A stretch of 64,000 bases of DNA from Shigella phage CT01, in the sequence record OK018184. One strand, 5' to 3'. The notes under the pieces are model-generated. The model did not search any database, was not told the origin of the DNA, and was given only the letters and a program-made list of their open reading frames with translations. Below are positions 1 through 10,947 of this stretch, piece by piece. The position numbers and the translations under genes are program-made. Numbering within the stretch: position 1 is the first letter of the stretch; every line of letters begins with the position of its first letter.

Positions 1-1250
1 CCACAACGAATAGCAACTCAATCGGTCGCCCAAATCTCGTTGCTTTGACTCGCGCTACCACTAAATTAATATATTCTGACATTGTAGCAACGCAAAGAAC
101 TAATCAACCTGTTGCTGCTTTTTATGGTATCAAATACCTTAATCCAGATAACGAATTTACTTTTAAAACTGGTGCTACTTACGCTGGCGAAGCTGGATAT
201 GTAGACCGAGAACAAATCACAGAATTAACAGAAGAGTCTAAATTAACTCTCAATAAAGGCGATTTATTCAAATATAATAATATCGTTTATAAAGTATTAG
301 AAGATACACCATTTGCTACCATTGAAGAAAGCGATTTAGAATTAGCTCTTCAGATTGCAATTGTTCTTTTAAAGGTTCGTCTATTTTCTGATGCAGCATC
401 AACAAGCAAATTTGAAAGTTCTGATAGCGAAATTGCGGATGCTAGATTCCAGATTAATAAATGGCAAACCGCAGTTAAATCTCGTAAACTTAAAACTGGC
501 ATCACAGTTGAATTAGCACAAGATTTAGAAGCAAATGGATTCGATGCTCCTAATTTCTTGGAAGATTTGCTTGCAACTGAAATGGCGGATGAAATCAATA
601 AAGATATTCTGCAGTCTTTGATTACAGTATCAAAACGATATAAAGTTACAGGAATTACTGATACTGGATTCATTGATTTGAGTTATGCATCTGCACCTGA
701 AGCTGGCCGTTCATTATACCGAATGGTATGTGAAATGGTTTCGCATATCCAAAAAGAATCAACTTATACTGCAACGTTCTGTGTTGCTTCAGCTCGTGCC
801 GCTGCGATTCTTGCTGCATCAGGTTGGTTAAAACATAAACCAGAAGATGATAAATATCTTTCACAAAATGCCTATGGGTTCTTAGCTAATGGTTTACCGC
901 TTTATTGCGATACTAACAGCCCATTAGATTATGTAATCGTTGGTGTAGTAGAAAATATCGGTGAAAAAGAAATTGTTGGATCAATTTTCTATGCTCCGTA
1001 TACAGAAGGTCTTGACTTAGATGACCCTGAACATGTAGGTGCATTTAAAGTTGTAGTTGATCCAGAAAGTTTGCAGCCATCTATCGGTTTATTAGTTAGA
1101 TATGCTTTATCAGCAAATCCTTACACTGTAGCAAAAGATGAAAAAGAAGCAAGAATAATTGATGGTGGAGACATGGATAAAATGGCGGGTCGTTCAGATT
1201 TGTCTGTTTTATTAGGTGTTAAGCTACCAAAAATTATCGTTGATGAATAA
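1..1250 (+). CDS. 24: capsid vertex protein gp24, 5'-truncated at window edge (reading frame begins at nt 3)
   Basis: Translation from nt 3 gives TTNSNSIGRPNLVALTRATTKLIY..., continuing into the 45..1250 ORF ending KLPKIIVDE; matches recalled T4 gp24, not gp23. Confidence 0.85.
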   Translation, partial: TTNSNSIGRPNLVALTRATTKLIYSDIVATQRTNQPVAAFYGIKYLNPDNEFTFKTGATYAGEAGYVDREQITELTEESKLTLNKGDLFKYNNIVYKVLEDTPFATIEESDLELALQIAIVLLKVRLFSDAASTSKFESSDSEIADARFQINKWQTAVKSRKLKTGITVELAQDLEANGFDAPNFLEDLLATEMADEINKDILQSLITVSKRYKVTGITDTGFIDLSYASAPEAGRSLYRMVCEMVSHIQKESTYTATFCVASARAAAILAASGWLKHKPEDDKYLSQNAYGFLANGLPLYCDTNSPLDYVIVGVVENIGEKEIVGSIFYAPYTEGLDLDDPEHVGAFKVVVDPESLQPSIGLLVRYALSANPYTVAKDEKEARIIDGGDMDKMAGRSDLSVLLGVKLPKIIVDE

Positions 1251-1253
1251 AAC

Positions 1254-1280
1254 AAAGGGACCGAAAGGTCCCTTTTTATT
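1254..1280. terminator. GNRA-loop hairpin gggacc-gaaa-ggtccc plus T-run between convergent genes 24 and rnlB
   Basis: Perfect inverted repeat followed by tttttattt; sits between convergent stops. Confidence 0.6.
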
Positions 1281-2284
1281 TAACTTACCAATTCAATCCA
1301 AGCCGGACGAAGTACATCTTGTACCATTTTAACTAATTCCTTTTTAATCAAAGAAGGATTATCTGCTTGAGTTAGAGTAATACCTTCACGAGAAGTTTCT
1401 TCCAAAATATCTTGAACAGTTAGTCCCATCACCTTTCCAAAATCCTTTGGACCAATTTCGCCAATTTTAGAAATAACGTTATTTACTCGGTTCAGTGTAA
1501 CATAGCAAGCTAAAATTCCCAGCAATTTATTATCAGCTTCTGACAGCTCAACTTTAGCTTTAATAGGCTTATCAGACTTTTTCTTTTCGCTAAATTTAGA
1601 GTTCTTGCATTTGATGGCTACGCGATTGCCATTAGGCATCCAAGAAGGATAACAAGGTTTCAATACATATCCTTCAGCAGTAAATACTTCGCCTTTTGCT
1701 TCTGCATTCCAAACGCATTTATTTGCATCAACTAATCCAGCATGGTCTACTGTAAAATTATAATCCTGGACAACAGAATCTAAATCGTTTGGCAATTTAA
1801 TAAGCTCTTCAAATTTACCGCGACCTAAAAGTGGAGCCATTTTAAATTTAAATGTATTACAAAATGATTCCATCATATAATCATCGACATAAGTTACATC
1901 ACCGCTTTCCGTAGTAACAATAATGTCAAATACATAAAAATCTTTATCACCATAATCGACATTCTTCTGAATGCCAGGTCCAGCGAATTCGCCGAAGACT
2001 TGATAAGATACAACTGCTGAAGTTTCCATAATATCTTGTACTGCTTTAATGGAATCAGCGTAATTCTTTAGAATAATTTCATACCCAAAGAAATCTTCAG
2101 CAGGAAGAATAGGACCAGTACGTTTAGCACAAGTTACTTTATCACGCTCAATAATCAATGAAAAGTTTGTACCATGAATCTTTTCACGAGCTACCCATTC
2201 GCCGCCAGTCAATCCTAAACTGTAAAGTTTTTCAATGAATTTAGAATTGTAATGATTTTCAAGACTGCTATACTTTTTAAACAT
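1280..2284 (-). CDS. rnlB: RNA ligase 2
   Basis: 334 aa with nucleotidyltransferase KIHGTN lysine motif; same length and position as T4 Rnl2. Confidence 0.85.
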   Translation of the reverse strand: MFKKYSSLENHYNSKFIEKLYSLGLTGGEWVAREKIHGTNFSLIIERDKVTCAKRTGPILPAEDFFGYEIILKNYADSIKAVQDIMETSAVVSYQVFGEFAGPGIQKNVDYGDKDFYVFDIIVTTESGDVTYVDDYMMESFCNTFKFKMAPLLGRGKFEELIKLPNDLDSVVQDYNFTVDHAGLVDANKCVWNAEAKGEVFTAEGYVLKPCYPSWMPNGNRVAIKCKNSKFSEKKKSDKPIKAKVELSEADNKLLGILACYVTLNRVNNVISKIGEIGPKDFGKVMGLTVQDILEETSREGITLTQADNPSLIKKELVKMVQDVLRPAWIELVS

Positions 2285-2293
2285 AATTAATCC

Positions 2294-2572
2294 TCAAAAT
2301 GTAATTTCTAACCAATCACCATCACGTTGATCACTATTGACTTTAAAGCTAAATCCTTCTTTTCTCAGCCAATCACCAATTTCTTCAGTAATCAATTTAT
2401 CGCGAGCGGTACAATAATAACTAAAATATGTTTTACCTTGTTCAGCTGCTTTATTAGCAAGTTCCGAAAAATCTTTAATAAAACACTCTAGTTTAAACTG
2501 TTTACTTTTAAGTGCTTTTTCGCGTAATTGATTAGCAAAAGATTCATTTTCATAAAGATCATACTGTTCCAT
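2294..2572 (-). CDS. hypothetical protein at the T4 24.2 position
   Basis: 92-aa ORF tightly packed after rnlB on the same strand. Confidence 0.55.
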   Translation of the reverse strand: MEQYDLYENESFANQLREKALKSKQFKLECFIKDFSELANKAAEQGKTYFSYYCTARDKLITEEIGDWLRKEGFSFKVNSDQRDGDWLEITF

Positions 2573-2774
2573 TTTTCACCTTTTTATTAATATGTCTTTT
2601 TCTATAGACAACTTTTTCTCGAGTCTCAAATTTATTCTTAGCAGTCATAGCTCGAGCCCACAATACAGCCACTTCTTTCGCCTGTAAGTTCAATTCACGA
2701 GCAATTTCAATGAATGACTTTCCAGACTCATGAAGAGTAAACACCACAACCTCAGTTCTCATAATCAATCTCAT
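2559..2774 (-). CDS. hypothetical small protein at the T4 24.3 position
   Basis: 71-aa ORF with 14-bp overlap to the downstream gene. Confidence 0.5.
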   Translation of the reverse strand: MRLIMRTEVVVFTLHESGKSFIEIARELNLQAKEVAVLWARAMTAKNKFETREKVVYRKRHINKKVKNGTV

Positions 2775-2840
2775 GTTATCGAGTTGGTGACATTATATAC
2801 ATCGTTTTCTGATTGTGTTTTGTGTGCTTTCAAAATGAAG

Positions 2841-2860
2841 AAAGGGGCCGAAGCCCCTTA
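2841..2860 (-). terminator. hairpin ggggc-cgaa-gcccc downstream of hoc
   Basis: Inverted repeat with A-run on plus strand (T-run on minus). Confidence 0.45.
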
Positions 2861-2863
2861 TGA

Positions 2864-3994
2864 TTATGGATAGGTATAGATGATACCAGTTTCTAAAGCA
2901 GTTTTATGAATGATGTATCCATTGCGCGATTCTTGAACATCAACTTCTGGATAGTCTTTCATCATCTTCTGAAGAGTGTAACGATGCAAGTAGTACTTAC
3001 TATCTGGGTCGTCAGTTTTCCAATCTTTACCTTCTTCAGTCATTTTTTGGATTTCATCCATAACCCACCAACCACACCAGATGTAAGCTGAAGTGCGATG
3101 TGGAAGAGGATGAACATAAGGTAATTCACCTTCTGGTTCCGGAGCAACTTTATCAGTTACCTGAACTTGACCTTCTGCTGTAATAGTTTTGCTATCATAA
3201 TCAGTAGCGGTAACAGTTGCAGTAACTTCAATAGTTTGACTTCCAATAGATGATGTATCAACGGTGTATACATTAGTTGACCCTTCTACTGGAGAAGAAT
3301 CTTTCTTCCATGAATATTCAATTTGCGCTTCTTCTGGAGCATCAGTGACATTAGCAGTAAATGTAGCTGAAGCATCTTGTTGAACGTTAATAGAAGGAGG
3401 AGTCAATGTAACCTGTGGATTCATTGTCTTCTTATTAACTGTTAATGATACTTCATTAGAAGTAACTTCCTTTGCATCATAATCAGCCGCGGTTACTTGA
3501 GCTACACACTTAATTGTTTTAACTCCGCTTGCATCAGGAGTGTAATTGAATGTAGCAGAAGTTGCTTCGCTTACAGGAGAACCGTCAACGTACCATTGAT
3601 ACGTAGCAGATGCACCTGATGGCTGTGAAGCTAAGGCAGCGGTAAATTCAATTGGAGTTCCAATCACTCCAGCATCAGGGCTACCAGGAGTTACAGCTAA
3701 GGTAGTTGTCTGTGTCTTATTTTGAACTGTGATAGTTGTACTAATTTCAGCTGTTTCAACTTCAGCTTCTGGAACTGTATTTGTTGCAACGACTTTAATA
3801 GTCTTTTGACCGGCAGGTCCTTTTAATACATAATCAAAAGTTGCGGCTGATCCTTCTTGTGGAGCATTATCTACACTCCAAGCATAGGTAATAGTTCCAC
3901 CTCCAGTTTCACCACTGGGTGTAGCAGTAAACTGCTGAGTCTGATCTATAACTCCAGTAGGTGTTTTAGGAGTTATATCAACTGTAAAAGCCAT
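2864..3994 (-). CDS. hoc: highly immunogenic outer capsid protein Hoc
   Basis: 376 aa, N-terminus MAFTVDITPKTPTGVIDQTQQFTATPSG matches recalled T4 Hoc; repeated Ig-like segments. Confidence 0.85.
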   Translation of the reverse strand: MAFTVDITPKTPTGVIDQTQQFTATPSGETGGGTITYAWSVDNAPQEGSAATFDYVLKGPAGQKTIKVVATNTVPEAEVETAEISTTITVQNKTQTTTLAVTPGSPDAGVIGTPIEFTAALASQPSGASATYQWYVDGSPVSEATSATFNYTPDASGVKTIKCVAQVTAADYDAKEVTSNEVSLTVNKKTMNPQVTLTPPSINVQQDASATFTANVTDAPEEAQIEYSWKKDSSPVEGSTNVYTVDTSSIGSQTIEVTATVTATDYDSKTITAEGQVQVTDKVAPEPEGELPYVHPLPHRTSAYIWCGWWVMDEIQKMTEEGKDWKTDDPDSKYYLHRYTLQKMMKDYPEVDVQESRNGYIIHKTALETGIIYTYP

Positions 3995-4003
3995 AAGTTA
4001 TCC

Positions 4004-4684
4004 TTATTTTAATGTTACGAAAGAAGAATTACGTGTTTCACGAATTAGAACTGATCCGTCACGGTTAATGTAGTAAATTAAGCTAAACAGAGTTTGATGT
4101 GCCGACGCGTGTTCAAAACTAGTTGGGTGAGATTTCCAATCCGGAGTTTCAGCAATCCATTGGTAAATCCACCAAGGAACAGTACAGAATCCTGGATTTT
4201 TTCCAATCAGCTGAAGATTCGGACTAAAGTTTTCCGGAAGAGTAAATACAGACGGCTTTTCAGATTCAATAATCTCAGCTACAGCCTGTTCGAATTTTTC
4301 TTCAACAAAAGGAGTATCTTCAATCAAAACATCGGTATTTTCAGGAATTTTATCCATTTCTACTACTTCAATTTTAATGTCAGATTTAACCGGAGAATCA
4401 ATCAGAAGTGCTGCTTCTGGATTGACTTCTTCATCGTCATATTTTAATCCCTCTGCAGCATCAGCAGCATTAATTAAGTCTTTAATAGATAACCCATCAG
4501 TCTCTGGCATAGGTTCACTAGCGAGCTTCTGGAGAGCTTCTTCAATATCATTAACGATATTATCAAAAGATTTATTCTTTTTGACCTTTATACCAAACTG
4601 TTCAGCATATTCAGCTAATTTAGCTTTAGCTTCTTTATTATCATCAAGAGCCTTCAGCTCTGCAATATAATCTTTATCTATCAT
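4004..4684 (-). CDS. inh: inhibitor of prohead protease Inh
   Basis: 226 aa, same length and position as T4 inh between hoc and uvsW. Confidence 0.7.
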   Translation of the reverse strand: MIDKDYIAELKALDDNKEAKAKLAEYAEQFGIKVKKNKSFDNIVNDIEEALQKLASEPMPETDGLSIKDLINAADAAEGLKYDDEEVNPEAALLIDSPVKSDIKIEVVEMDKIPENTDVLIEDTPFVEEKFEQAVAEIIESEKPSVFTLPENFSPNLQLIGKNPGFCTVPWWIYQWIAETPDWKSHPTSFEHASAHQTLFSLIYYINRDGSVLIRETRNSSFVTLK

Positions 4685-4697
4685 AATATTTCCTCAG

Positions 4698-4705
4698 TAT
4701 AAATA
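4698..4705 (+). promoter_or_regulatory. T4 late promoter core TATAAATA upstream of uvsW
   Basis: Exact TATAAATA about 30 nt upstream of the uvsW ATG. Confidence 0.5.
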
Positions 4706-4734
4706 TAGATATATTTATTACATGGTATTTAGAC

Positions 4735-6246
4735 ATGACTGACATTAAAGTACATTTTTATGATTTTAGTCACGTGAGAATTGATTGTGAAGAAAGTACA
4801 TTTCATGAACTCCGTGATTTCTTTAGCTTTGAAGCTGATGGGTATCGTTTTAATCCGAAGTACAAATATGGCCACTGGGATGGACGAATCCGTCTTTTAG
4901 ATTATAATCGTCTTCTTCCATTCGGCTTAGTCGGACAAATTAAAAAGTTCTGCGATAACTTTGGCTATAAAGCCTGGATTGACCCGCAAATTAACGAAAA
5001 AGAAGAATTATCAAGAAAAGATTTTGATGAATGGCTTTCTAAATTAGAAATCTATTCAGGAAATAAAAGAATTGAACCGCATTGGTATCAAAAAGATGCA
5101 GTGTTCGAAGGATTAGTTAATCGTCGTAGAATTCTTAATCTACCAACATCCGCAGGTAAATCTTTAATTCAAGCTTTGCTTGCACGTTATTATTTGGAAA
5201 ATTATGAAGGTAAAATTCTTATCATTGTTCCAACAACCGCTTTAACAACTCAGATGGCTGATGACTTTGTTGACTATCGTTTATTCAGTCATGCAATGAT
5301 AAAGAAAATTGGCGGTGGAGCATCAAAAGATGATAAATATAAAAATGATGCACCAGTCGTTGTTGGTACATGGCAAACTGTAGTAAAACAACCGAAAGAA
5401 TGGTTCTCACAGTTTGGAATGATGATGAATGATGAATGCCATCTTGCTACAGGAAAAAGTATTTCATCTATCATATCAGGTTTAAATAACTGCATGTTTA
5501 AATTCGGTCTATCAGGTTCATTACGTGATGGCAAAGCCAATATCATGCAGTATGTTGGAATGTTTGGTGAAATATTTAAGCCAGTAACGACTTCTAAATT
5601 AATGGAAGATGGACAAGTAACTGAGTTAAAAATTAATAGTATTTTTCTTCGCTATCCCGATGAGTTCACTACTAAATTAAAGGGAAAAACTTACCAAGAA
5701 GAAATAAAAATTATTACTGGGCTCAGTAAAAGAAATAAATGGATCGCTAAATTAGCTATTAAGCTTGCGCAAAAAGATGAAAACGCTTTTGTCATGTTTA
5801 AACACGTATCACACGGTAAAGCTATTTTCGATTTAATTAAAAATGAATACGATAAAGTTTATTACGTATCAGGGGAAGTTGATACCGAAACACGCAACGT
5901 AATGAAAACCCTAGCTGAAAACGGTAAAGGAATAATTATAGTAGCTAGTTATGGTGTATTTTCTACTGGTATTTCAGTTAAAAATCTGCATCACGTTATT
6001 TTAGCACACGGTGTTAAATCTAAAATTATTGTATTGCAAACAATAGGTCGCGTATTACGTAAGCATGGTTCTAAAACAATCGCAACAGTCTGGGACCTCA
6101 TAGATGATTGCGGTGTTAAGCCAAAATCTGCTAATACGAAAAAGAAATACGTTCATTTGAACTATCTTTTAAAACACGGCATTGATCGTATTCAGCGCTA
6201 CGCAGATGAAAAATTTAATTACGTAATGAAAACAGTTAATTTATAA
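4735..6246 (+). CDS. uvsW: UvsW DNA/RNA helicase
   Basis: 503 aa; Walker A PTSAGKS and DECH box; matches recalled T4 UvsW. Confidence 0.9.
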   Translation: MTDIKVHFYDFSHVRIDCEESTFHELRDFFSFEADGYRFNPKYKYGHWDGRIRLLDYNRLLPFGLVGQIKKFCDNFGYKAWIDPQINEKEELSRKDFDEWLSKLEIYSGNKRIEPHWYQKDAVFEGLVNRRRILNLPTSAGKSLIQALLARYYLENYEGKILIIVPTTALTTQMADDFVDYRLFSHAMIKKIGGGASKDDKYKNDAPVVVGTWQTVVKQPKEWFSQFGMMMNDECHLATGKSISSIISGLNNCMFKFGLSGSLRDGKANIMQYVGMFGEIFKPVTTSKLMEDGQVTELKINSIFLRYPDEFTTKLKGKTYQEEIKIITGLSKRNKWIAKLAIKLAQKDENAFVMFKHVSHGKAIFDLIKNEYDKVYYVSGEVDTETRNVMKTLAENGKGIIIVASYGVFSTGISVKNLHHVILAHGVKSKIIVLQTIGRVLRKHGSKTIATVWDLIDDCGVKPKSANTKKKYVHLNYLLKHGIDRIQRYADEKFNYVMKTVNL

Positions 6247-6258
6247 GGGCTTCGGCCC
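6247..6258 (+). terminator. hairpin gggc-ttcg-gccc after uvsW
   Basis: UUCG-type tetraloop stem immediately after the stop codon. Confidence 0.4.
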
Positions 6259-6259
6259 T

Positions 6260-6502
6260 TTGGAGAAAAAGATGTTACTAGAATTTAAACAATTTCTTTA
6301 TGAAGCTTCTATTGATGAATTTATGGGTAAAATTGCCTCTTGTCAAACATTAGAAGGTCTAGAAGAACTTGAAGCTTATTATAAGAAAAGAGTTAAAGAA
6401 ACTGAATTAAAAGATACTGATGACATCTCTGTGAGAGATGCTTTGGCAGGAAAAAGAGCTGAATTAGAAGATTCAGACGATGAAGTAGAAGAAAGCTTTT
6501 AA
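6260..6502 (+). CDS. small acidic protein at the uvsW.1 position
   Basis: 80-aa ORF directly downstream of uvsW. Confidence 0.6.
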   Translation: MEKKMLLEFKQFLYEASIDEFMGKIASCQTLEGLEELEAYYKKRVKETELKDTDDISVRDALAGKRAELEDSDDEVEESF

Positions 6503-6557
6503 ATTAAAAAAGGCCCAACCAAAAAGGAAGGGCCAAAACTATAGACTAAAGGTCACA

Positions 6558-6725
6558 CTATAGCAAAAGTTGTGTTTCATTTAATTGTTCTTCCGAACTT
6601 TCTGAAACTGGTAGTTCTTTAATGTAATTATAACAAGGCCCAGGATGTACAGGACCTTTGTCTGTTTCAACAACCAATGCAGAATCGATTGGAGTTTTAC
6701 AGACAACACAAATCTTATCTGACAT
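6558..6725 (-). CDS. small Cys-containing ORF (about 55 aa), not in the supplied track
   Basis: ATG preceded by aggag; reads MSDKICVVCKTPIDS...; two late-promoter cores just upstream. Confidence 0.4.
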   Translation of the reverse strand: MSDKICVVCKTPIDSALVVETDKGPVHPGPCYNYIKELPVSESSEEQLNETQLLL

Positions 6726-6750
6726 GATTGTCTCCTCTAAATTATATATC

Positions 6751-6770
6751 TATTTATATATCTATTTATA
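6751..6770 (-). promoter_or_regulatory. two tandem late-promoter cores TATAAATA on the minus strand (12-bp tandem repeat)
   Basis: Plus-strand tatttata at 6751-6758 and 6763-6770 within tatatatctatttatatatctatttata. Confidence 0.45.
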
Positions 6771-6990
6771 TAACTCTCATATGCATATCAATGCCCATAT
6801 CTTTGGAATAAAAATATTCATCAAGATATCCGGCAAATTTTCCTTTAATATAAAGTACATCTTCACCGCATGGGTGGTCGGCCAGGATACGAATATCCTG
6901 ACGCTTGAGATTATACTTTTTCATTAAGAATTGAATTTCCGTTTCGAATTCTTCTTCATAATTAAAAGCATCATCAATGCTATATTTCAT
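6766..6990 (-). CDS. hypothetical protein at the uvsY.-1/-2 position
   Basis: 74-aa ORF immediately downstream of uvsY. Confidence 0.55.
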   Translation of the reverse strand: MKYSIDDAFNYEEEFETEIQFLMKKYNLKRQDIRILADHPCGEDVLYIKGKFAGYLDEYFYSKDMGIDMHMRVI

Positions 6991-7403
6991 TATTTTCCAG
7001 CCTCAAATGCTCGCATGTCTTGAATATGCTTAATAGCAAATCCACGTGATTTAATAGCATCAAGAGCTCCGCTACAGAAATCCAATAAAATTCCCCAATA
7101 TTGTAATGAAGTATCAACTTTTAAAACATCCTTATCAGCTGATAGAACTGTCTTCATTTCTGATTTCTCATAACGGTCCATACTAAATTCATCACCATCT
7201 CCTCGTCCCGAGTAGTAGTCTAATTTAGCTTTAAGAGCAACTTTTTTCTGCGCTTCAATTCTAAGCATTTCCTTTTTAATACTTGAATGCTTATTAAGCC
7301 ATTTACTATATAACATCACATTATTAGCTGCTTCATACTGTAATTTAGTCGAATCTATAAACACATCTTTCTTCAATTCTTCTTGAAGATCTTCTAATTT
7401 CAT
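6990..7403 (-). CDS. uvsY: recombination mediator UvsY
   Basis: 137 aa, same length and context as T4 UvsY. Confidence 0.8.
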   Translation of the reverse strand: MKLEDLQEELKKDVFIDSTKLQYEAANNVMLYSKWLNKHSSIKKEMLRIEAQKKVALKAKLDYYSGRGDGDEFSMDRYEKSEMKTVLSADKDVLKVDTSLQYWGILLDFCSGALDAIKSRGFAIKHIQDMRAFEAGK

Positions 7404-7469
7404 ATTGTTCTCTATTCAATTGTTATTGGATGGACTTAGATTCATTATACCACGTTTATACGTGAAGCA

Positions 7470-7868
7470 TTATACTCTATTACTGGAAGCCAGTTGCAGT
7501 TTTATCTGCTCAATATCATCAGGGTTATCGATGACCGAAAAGCGTATTTCTACTATAAGAGTATAATCATCATAAACCGGTATTACATTAACTGCTAATT
7601 TATCAATACGTGGCTCGTAGTTTCTTACTGCGCTTTCGATGTTACGCTCAACTGTATCAGCAGTAAGAGGAGTCATATTCTCAAAAAGTTGATCAGATAA
7701 ATCGCATCCAAATTCTGGGTCAAACGGTCTCGACCCTTTTCTGGTTGTGATAATTCCCAAAAGGCTATTTTTAATTGACCTTAATCCAAGAGATCTAGAA
7801 ACATCTTTGTCCCAATCCATTTTCATTTCTGGGTCAATGTCAGAATAAAGCTTATTAATATTTGCCAT
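7470..7868 (-). CDS. 25: baseplate wedge protein gp25
   Basis: 132 aa, syntenic with T4 gene 25. Confidence 0.85.
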   Translation of the reverse strand: MANINKLYSDIDPEMKMDWDKDVSRSLGLRSIKNSLLGIITTRKGSRPFDPEFGCDLSDQLFENMTPLTADTVERNIESAVRNYEPRIDKLAVNVIPVYDDYTLIVEIRFSVIDNPDDIEQIKLQLASSNRV

Positions 7869-8494
7869 TACAATAGCTCAAAGAATTCTTTGAGTCCTCT
7901 TATTACATGAGCGTGAGATTTTCCACACTCTGGACACTTAATTGGAACAGCCAAATAAACAGTAGGCTTTAAAAGCATATCTTTTATAGCTACAATATCT
8001 GACTCTGTGATGATAGAATATAAATCTTCCAACTCTTTTTCATTTAAGTCTTCAACTGGAATGCTTTCACCGTTAGCATGAATCGTTTCTATACATGATA
8101 CTATCATGTGGGCTATATTTTTATCATCAAAAATTTTAGGGTAATGGAACTTAATTTTAATGTCACCCAGTGTATACCAGAGGTCTTCTGGTGCATCTAT
8201 TTGTGTATGTAATAGATTTATATGGGTTGGTATTTCAGTTCCACAGGTGCACTTCCAGGAGTTTTCGTGATTAACTTCTCCAAGAGAATGTGCCCATAAA
8301 TGAATCAATAGTAGTTCTGATTCTTGGCGGTTTAAATCTTTTGCATTTGTGCATTCTTTGATTAGCTTTTTAACGATCTCTTCTACTGAACCGTTCTTTT
8401 TAGCAGTAATAAGTTCTAGATATTCTTTAAGAGTAAATGCGCGACAGTTGATTATTTTAGAACCAACTCTCACATCAAATTTGTATTCATACAT
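7868..8494 (-). CDS. 26: baseplate hub protein gp26
   Basis: 208 aa, syntenic, ATGA-coupled to gene 25. Confidence 0.8.
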   Translation of the reverse strand: MYEYKFDVRVGSKIINCRAFTLKEYLELITAKKNGSVEEIVKKLIKECTNAKDLNRQESELLLIHLWAHSLGEVNHENSWKCTCGTEIPTHINLLHTQIDAPEDLWYTLGDIKIKFHYPKIFDDKNIAHMIVSCIETIHANGESIPVEDLNEKELEDLYSIITESDIVAIKDMLLKPTVYLAVPIKCPECGKSHAHVIRGLKEFFELL

Positions 8495-8515
8495 ATTTAG
8501 CTCCTTTATTTATCA

Positions 8516-8527
8516 TATTTATAAATA
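8516..8527. promoter_or_regulatory. divergent overlapping late promoters (TATTTATAAATA) for 26/25 and 51
   Basis: TATAAATA readable on both strands between divergent genes 26 and 51. Confidence 0.5.
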
Positions 8528-8544
8528 GAATAAAAGGAGCATCT

Positions 8545-9294
8545 ATGGCAAACATTATTCGTTGTAAATTACCAGATGGTGTTCATCGTTTTAAACCATT
8601 TACGGTAGAAGATTATCGAGATTTTTTGTTAGTTCGAAACGATATAGAACATCGGTCACCACAAGAACAAAAAGAAATAATTGCTGATTTAATTGCTGAT
8701 TATTTTGGAGACTATCCGAAGACTTGGCAACCATTTATATTTTTGCAGGTATTTGTAGGGTCAATAGGTAAAACTAAAGTACCGGTCACATTTGTATGTC
8801 CAAAATGTAAAAAAGAAAAGACAGTTCCATTTGAAATATATCAAAAAGAATTAAAGGAACCTGTTTTTGATGTAGCTAATGTTAAAATTAAATTAAAGTT
8901 TCCTTCTGAGTTTTATGAAAATAAAGCAAAGATGATTACTGAAAATATTCATTCTGTTCAAGTAGATGAAACATGGTATGATTGGAAGGAAATTAGTGAA
9001 TCAAGCCAAATAGAACTTGTTGATGCCATCGAGATAGAAACATTAGAAAAAATTCTCGATGCAATGAATCCTATTAATTTAACGCTACATATGTCCTGCT
9101 GTGATAAGTATGTAAAAAAATACACTGATATAGTAGATGTGTTTAAGCTATTAGTTAACCCAGATGAGATATTTACTTTTTATCAAATTAATCACACACT
9201 CGTAAAAAGTAATTATAGCTTAAATTCAATAATGAAAATGATTCCTGCTGAGCGCGGATTCGTATTAAAACTGATTGAGAAGGATAAACAATAA
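8545..9294 (+). CDS. 51: baseplate hub assembly protein gp51
   Basis: 249 aa, T4 length and position. Confidence 0.8.
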   Translation: MANIIRCKLPDGVHRFKPFTVEDYRDFLLVRNDIEHRSPQEQKEIIADLIADYFGDYPKTWQPFIFLQVFVGSIGKTKVPVTFVCPKCKKEKTVPFEIYQKELKEPVFDVANVKIKLKFPSEFYENKAKMITENIHSVQVDETWYDWKEISESSQIELVDAIEIETLEKILDAMNPINLTLHMSCCDKYVKKYTDIVDVFKLLVNPDEIFTFYQINHTLVKSNYSLNSIMKMIPAERGFVLKLIEKDKQ

Positions 9295-10469
9295 TGAGTA
9301 TGTTGCAACGCCCTGGATATCCAAATCTCAGCGTTAAATTATTTGATAGCTACGACGCTTGGAGTAATAATAGATTTGTTGAATTAGCTGCTACTATTAC
9401 CACATTAACTATGCGGGATTCTCTTTATGGCCGAAATGAAGGAATGCTGCAGTTTTATGATTCTAAAAACATCCATACAAAAATGGATGGAAATGAAATA
9501 ATTCAGATTTCTGTAGCTAATGCAAACGATATTAATAATGTTAAAACAAGAATTTATGGATGTAAGCATTTTTCTGTGTCAGTAGATTCAAAGGGTGATA
9601 ACATCATTGCTATTGAATTGGGAACTATTCATTCTATAGAAAATCTTAAATTTGGCAGACCGTTTTTCCCTGATGCAGGTGAATCTATAAAGGAAATGCT
9701 TGGCGTCATTTATCAAGACCGCACATTATTAACTCCAGCAATAAATGCTATAAATGCTTATGTTCCTGATATTCCGTGGACTAGTACATTTGAAAACTAT
9801 TTGTCATATGTCAGAGAAGTTGCTCTAGCTGTAGGAAGTGACAAATTTGTATTTGTATGGCAAGACATCATGGGAGTTAACATGATGGACTATGATATGA
9901 TGATAAATCAAGAACCGTATCCAATGATTGTCGGTGAGCCATCTTTAATAGGTCAATTCATCCAAGAATTAAAATATCCATTGGCATATGATTTCGTTTG
10001 GTTGACTAAATCGAATCCTCACAAACGTGACCCAATGAAAAACGCTACTATCTATGCTCATTCATTTTTAGATTCTTCATTGCCAATGATTACTACAGGA
10101 AAGGGCGAAAACTCTATTGTAGTGTCAAGGTCAGGTGCTTATTCTGAAATGACTTATAGGAATGGATATGAAGAAGCTATTCGTCTTCAAACTATGGCGC
10201 AATACGATGGCTATGCTAAATGTTCTACTGTCGGTAATTTTAACTTGACACCTGGCGTTAAAATTATTTTTAATGATAGTAAAAACCAATTTAAAACAGA
10301 ATTTTACGTTGATGAAGTCATCCATGAATTATCCAATAATAATTCAGTAACTCATCTATATATGTTCACTAATGCAACGAAACTGGAAACAATAGACCCA
10401 GTTAAGGTTAAAAATGAATTTAAATCTGATACTACCACTGAAGAAAGTAGTTCTTCCAATAAGCAATAA
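9294..10469 (+). CDS. 27: baseplate hub protein gp27
   Basis: 391 aa, T4 length and position. Confidence 0.85.
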   Translation: MSMLQRPGYPNLSVKLFDSYDAWSNNRFVELAATITTLTMRDSLYGRNEGMLQFYDSKNIHTKMDGNEIIQISVANANDINNVKTRIYGCKHFSVSVDSKGDNIIAIELGTIHSIENLKFGRPFFPDAGESIKEMLGVIYQDRTLLTPAINAINAYVPDIPWTSTFENYLSYVREVALAVGSDKFVFVWQDIMGVNMMDYDMMINQEPYPMIVGEPSLIGQFIQELKYPLAYDFVWLTKSNPHKRDPMKNATIYAHSFLDSSLPMITTGKGENSIVVSRSGAYSEMTYRNGYEEAIRLQTMAQYDGYAKCSTVGNFNLTPGVKIIFNDSKNQFKTEFYVDEVIHELSNNNSVTHLYMFTNATKLETIDPVKVKNEFKSDTTTEESSSSNKQ

Positions 10470-10947
10470 AGAAGTTTCTATTCCTAAAATGGGTCTTAAA
10501 CATTATAACATTTTAAAAGATGTTAAAGGTCCTGATGAAAATTTAAAACTTCTTATTGATTCTATTTGTCCGAATTTATCACCGGCAGAAGTTGATTTCG
10601 TTTCTATTCATTTATTGGAATTTAATGGAAAGATTAAATCTCGTAAAGAAATAGATGGTTATACTTATGACATTAATGATGTTTATGTATGCCAAAGATT
10701 GGAATTTCAATACCAAGGAAATACATTTTATTTTAGACCGCCTGGAAAATTTGAACAATTTTTAACTGTGAGCGATATGTTATCCAAATGCTTGCTTAAG
10801 GTCAATGATGAAGTTAAAGAAATTAATTTTCTTGAGATGCCAGCATTCGTTTTAAAATGGGCAAATGATATTTTTACAACTTTAGCAATTCCTGGCCCTA
10901 ATGGTCCAATAACCGGAATTGGCAATATTATTGGATTATTTGAATGA
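10414..10947 (+). CDS. 28: baseplate hub distal protein gp28
   Basis: 177 aa, overlaps the gp27 3' end. Confidence 0.75.
   Translation: MNLNLILPLKKVVLPISNKEVSIPKMGLKHYNILKDVKGPDENLKLLIDSICPNLSPAEVDFVSIHLLEFNGKIKSRKEIDGYTYDINDVYVCQRLEFQYQGNTFYFRPPGKFEQFLTVSDMLSKCLLKVNDEVKEINFLEMPAFVLKWANDIFTTLAIPGPNGPITGIGNIIGLFE

Noticed and set aside
45-1250. First ORF initially looked like major capsid protein gp23
   Set aside because: The sequence (…NSNSIGRPNLVALTRATTKLIY… ending KLPKIIVDE) matches the vertex paralogue gp24, and the downstream neighbour is rnlB as in T4; the ORF is 5'-truncated by the window edge, not a 401-aa gene.
4094-4670. Two plus-strand ORFs (117 and 97 aa) overlapping inh
   Set aside because: They are antisense to a conserved gene, have low-complexity composition and no ribosome-binding sites; judged spurious.
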